The notes beneath the pieces were generated by a model, which worked only from the letters and a program-made list of their open reading frames with translations, had not been told where the DNA came from and did not search any database. From the NCBI GenBank assembly GCA_012295275.1, contig CM022672.1, positions 29,574,001 to 29,638,000 of the forward strand: 64,000 nucleotides of DNA, written 5' to 3'. The DNA comes from Chrysomallon squamiferum. Its lineage: Eukaryota > Animalia > Mollusca. Each line of letters starts with the position of its first letter. Position 1 is the first letter of the stretch. Of this stretch, positions 61,497 to 64,000 are shown one piece after another. Position numbers and translations under genes: made by a program.

Positions 61497-62940
61497 TACT
61501 CTTCCAAAAAAGAAACAAAAATGGTTGATTTCTTAGATAACTATTGTAAACTGACACATACCAATGTACAAACTATGAATATAATGACATTTGGTGACTC
61601 AAACGTATAGTTTTTGTCACAGTCGCCAAAAAGCAGGAAACACAAAATAAAGGCTATGATCGTGTTTATTAGCCAAAACGTCCCCGCATGCAAACCACGT
61701 TACCAGTGCATGTGCACGTGCGGCACATGAAACTTGAATACGAGGGTTATAAAAATGCAAGGTTTTCGATTACTTCAGTTCGTTATTTTTGTTCTGACAC
61801 AACATCAAACAAATGCCACGACTGACTGAACCGCAACGAAACAACGCCATCGGCCGTTTACAAGCTGGCGAATCCTTCTCGGCCGTAGCCCGGGTGTTCC
61901 ATGTATCCCGAAGGAGGATCTTGAGATTGTGGTATCGGTTCCAGCAACATCAAACAACACGTGACCGTCCCAGATCAGGTAGACCACGTGTAATCAGGGC
62001 CCAGGACCGCTACATACGGGTACTTCATCTGCGGGAAAGAACCACCATGGCAACCTCTACTGCTTCAGCAGTACCAGGTCTGTGTAGAATATCGGCTCCG
62101 ACAGTGAGCAATCGTCTACGCGAGGCAGGTATTTGAGCCAGACGGCCTGTAAGAAGAGTTGTTTTGACTCAACAACATCGTCGACTACGACGTCAGTGGT
62201 GTCAAATGCACAGCGTCTAGCCTTAATTACGATGAAGAACTGTCTGGTTTAGTGACGAGGCTCGATTTCTGCTTTGTCGAGCTGACGGAAGATGTCGTGT
62301 TTACAGACGTCGTGATGAACGTTTTGCTGCAAACTGCATGCAGGAAGCGTTGGTAGTGTGATGGCGTGCGCAGCAAGCTCATGCACTGGCAGGACCAACC
62401 TGGTTCACATCCACGGCAACCTAACGGAACAGAGATACCGAGATGAAATTTTGCAGCCACATGACGCACCAGTTATGAATAATGGTATCGCTATATTCCA
62501 GCACGACAATGCGAGACCACATATAGACAGACTCACACCAGCGTACCTACACAACAATAACATTCACGTCCTGCCCTGGCCCTCGAAATATCCAGATTTG
62601 AACCCTATAGAGCATTTATGGGAAGAGTTGGAGAAAACATCAACCACAACCACAGAATCGTGCTCAGTTGGCATTACTACAGACAGAGTGGGCCCCCATT
62701 CCACAAGGTGTAATTCCTAATGTCATTACTGCCATGGGAAGGAGATTTCAGGCAGTTCTGGACTCCCGTGGTGGGCACCCAAAGTATTGATATTATACTG
62801 TTATCTCCTTGAATTTTACCAATGTAATACCATCAATATTAATGAATTGCGAAAGTGTCTGTAAAATGTGAACATTCTGCTGCTTTCAGTTGATCCATTA
62901 GATAGATATTCCCAATGTCAATAAAATCTACTCTTTTTTC
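61497..62940 (+). mobile_element. Decayed Tc1-family DNA transposon
   Basis: Putative left end TA|TACTCTTCCAAAAAAGAAAC and an internal transposase. The right TIR is not recognisable, so the end coordinate is approximate. Confidence 0.7.
61813..62790 (+). pseudogene. Tc1 DD34E transposase pseudogene
   Basis: MPRL...paired-like HTH, RSGRPR, WFSDEARF, FQHDNARPH, WPSKYPDLNPIEHLW (34 residues between D and E), C-terminal RGGHPKY*; internal stops and frameshifts. Confidence 0.92.
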
Positions 62941-63826
62941 CTTTCTGTTAGAGCACACACAAGTTGTACGGATAGTGACACTGTAATAGGAACAGATTAC
63001 ATTTCAGTCTACATTTCGCTCTGGTTCTTTTTAAATAGTCTTTCCATTCGTGCATGGCCTGGATACATGTTGTGAATGACATTAAGTACTGACCTCTTAG
63101 CAATGAAACTGTAGTATCGTTGTAGAAGAGTCAACTGATCTGTTTTCACTACACTCAGCCTAGCCCTCTGCTATGTACGAAAGACAACTTATTGCGAAAT
63201 CCAAGATTATCTGTCATTATGGTTTTCAATTCATATACCTGGGTGTATTAATAATGCTTTTATATTACTTTAAATGCTACAGTTTTTATTATTATTATCT
63301 GTTTTATCGCATGAACAGTGACAGCATAGCAGTCAGTCCCTCTAGTCAAACGATCTGCATAGACAAAACGATTTCACAGTATCTATCTCTATAAGACCTG
63401 CATTAAGTGAAATAAGTACACAAAAATAAATAAATAAATGGTGTGTTTTATATTCTTATATAACAATTGACAATACAGAAATATTGCGACACCTCTGATA
63501 ACAGAATGTATACGAAAAGTCTTGTGTGTGGTCTGTACGGGTAAAACATGTTTTCGTGGATCAAAATTTAGCTCCAGTCTGTTTAATTCAACAGATATAC
63601 TCTCCATTATTCAAATCATATTTGCAAAGAACTTTTTACTACATCATGTTAGAGGGTGTTTTTATTTGTTTCTGATTGGTGCGTCATAACAACGAGTCTT
63701 GTCTCAACTCGCAGTTTTACTTTCTTGTTGGTTTTGTCTGAGTGCTGGATAGGTCTTAAATTTCTGGTTTGTTGTTTGATTTTACAGTCAGAACAAACGA
63801 TTCCTGGATATAGTAAGTTTTTAAAA

Positions 63827-63887
<61 letters not shown>

Positions 63888-64000
63888 ATGTTATCTTGAT
63901 GTTGTTACTGGTGGTGGTGTTGATGGTACATTCTTGAGAGAATTAGACAAATCATATACCAGGAAGATATTACGTTTCAGTGAACAATAATACACCTTCA

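Noticed and set aside
62930-63135. Right TIR of the Tc1 element
   Set aside because: No convincing reverse complement of TACTCTTCCAAAAAAGAAAC found; GAAGAGT at ~63125 is too short to support it.

Overview
AT-rich, microsatellite-dense animal (invertebrate, plausibly molluscan; this is inference) genomic window, not prokaryotic. In order: (1) 1-9945, a homogeneous 446-bp satellite of about 22 copies, built from eight ~59-bp monomers and arranged as alternating A/B variants (892-bp period); (2) a 200-N gap; (3) 10146-17215, a ~2655-bp tandem unit (about 2.7 copies) carrying head-to-head U1 (-) and U2 (+) snRNA genes with matching PSE-like, TATA-like and 3'-box elements; (4) ~18.3-23.1 kb, a cluster of small, weakly supported two-exon gene or pseudogene candidates, with a diverged paralogous block at 55.4-56.5 kb; (5) 23.8-29.6 kb, a degenerate 59-bp tandem array containing a single close relative of the 446-bp unit; (6) a decayed Gypsy LTR element with a tRNA-Leu PBS; (7) a decayed full-length Academ-type (transposase + XPG nuclease + Cys-rich) DNA transposon whose empty site survives next to it; (8) a ~2.3-kb tandem segmental duplication with a Tigger-like MITE in one copy; (9) an intact galactose-3-O-sulfotransferase gene with two coding exons; (10) further MITEs, another 59-bp array, a decayed Tc1 (DD34E) element and a ~90-bp inverted repeat pair 7 kb apart. 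All calls were made by eye, without database searches.
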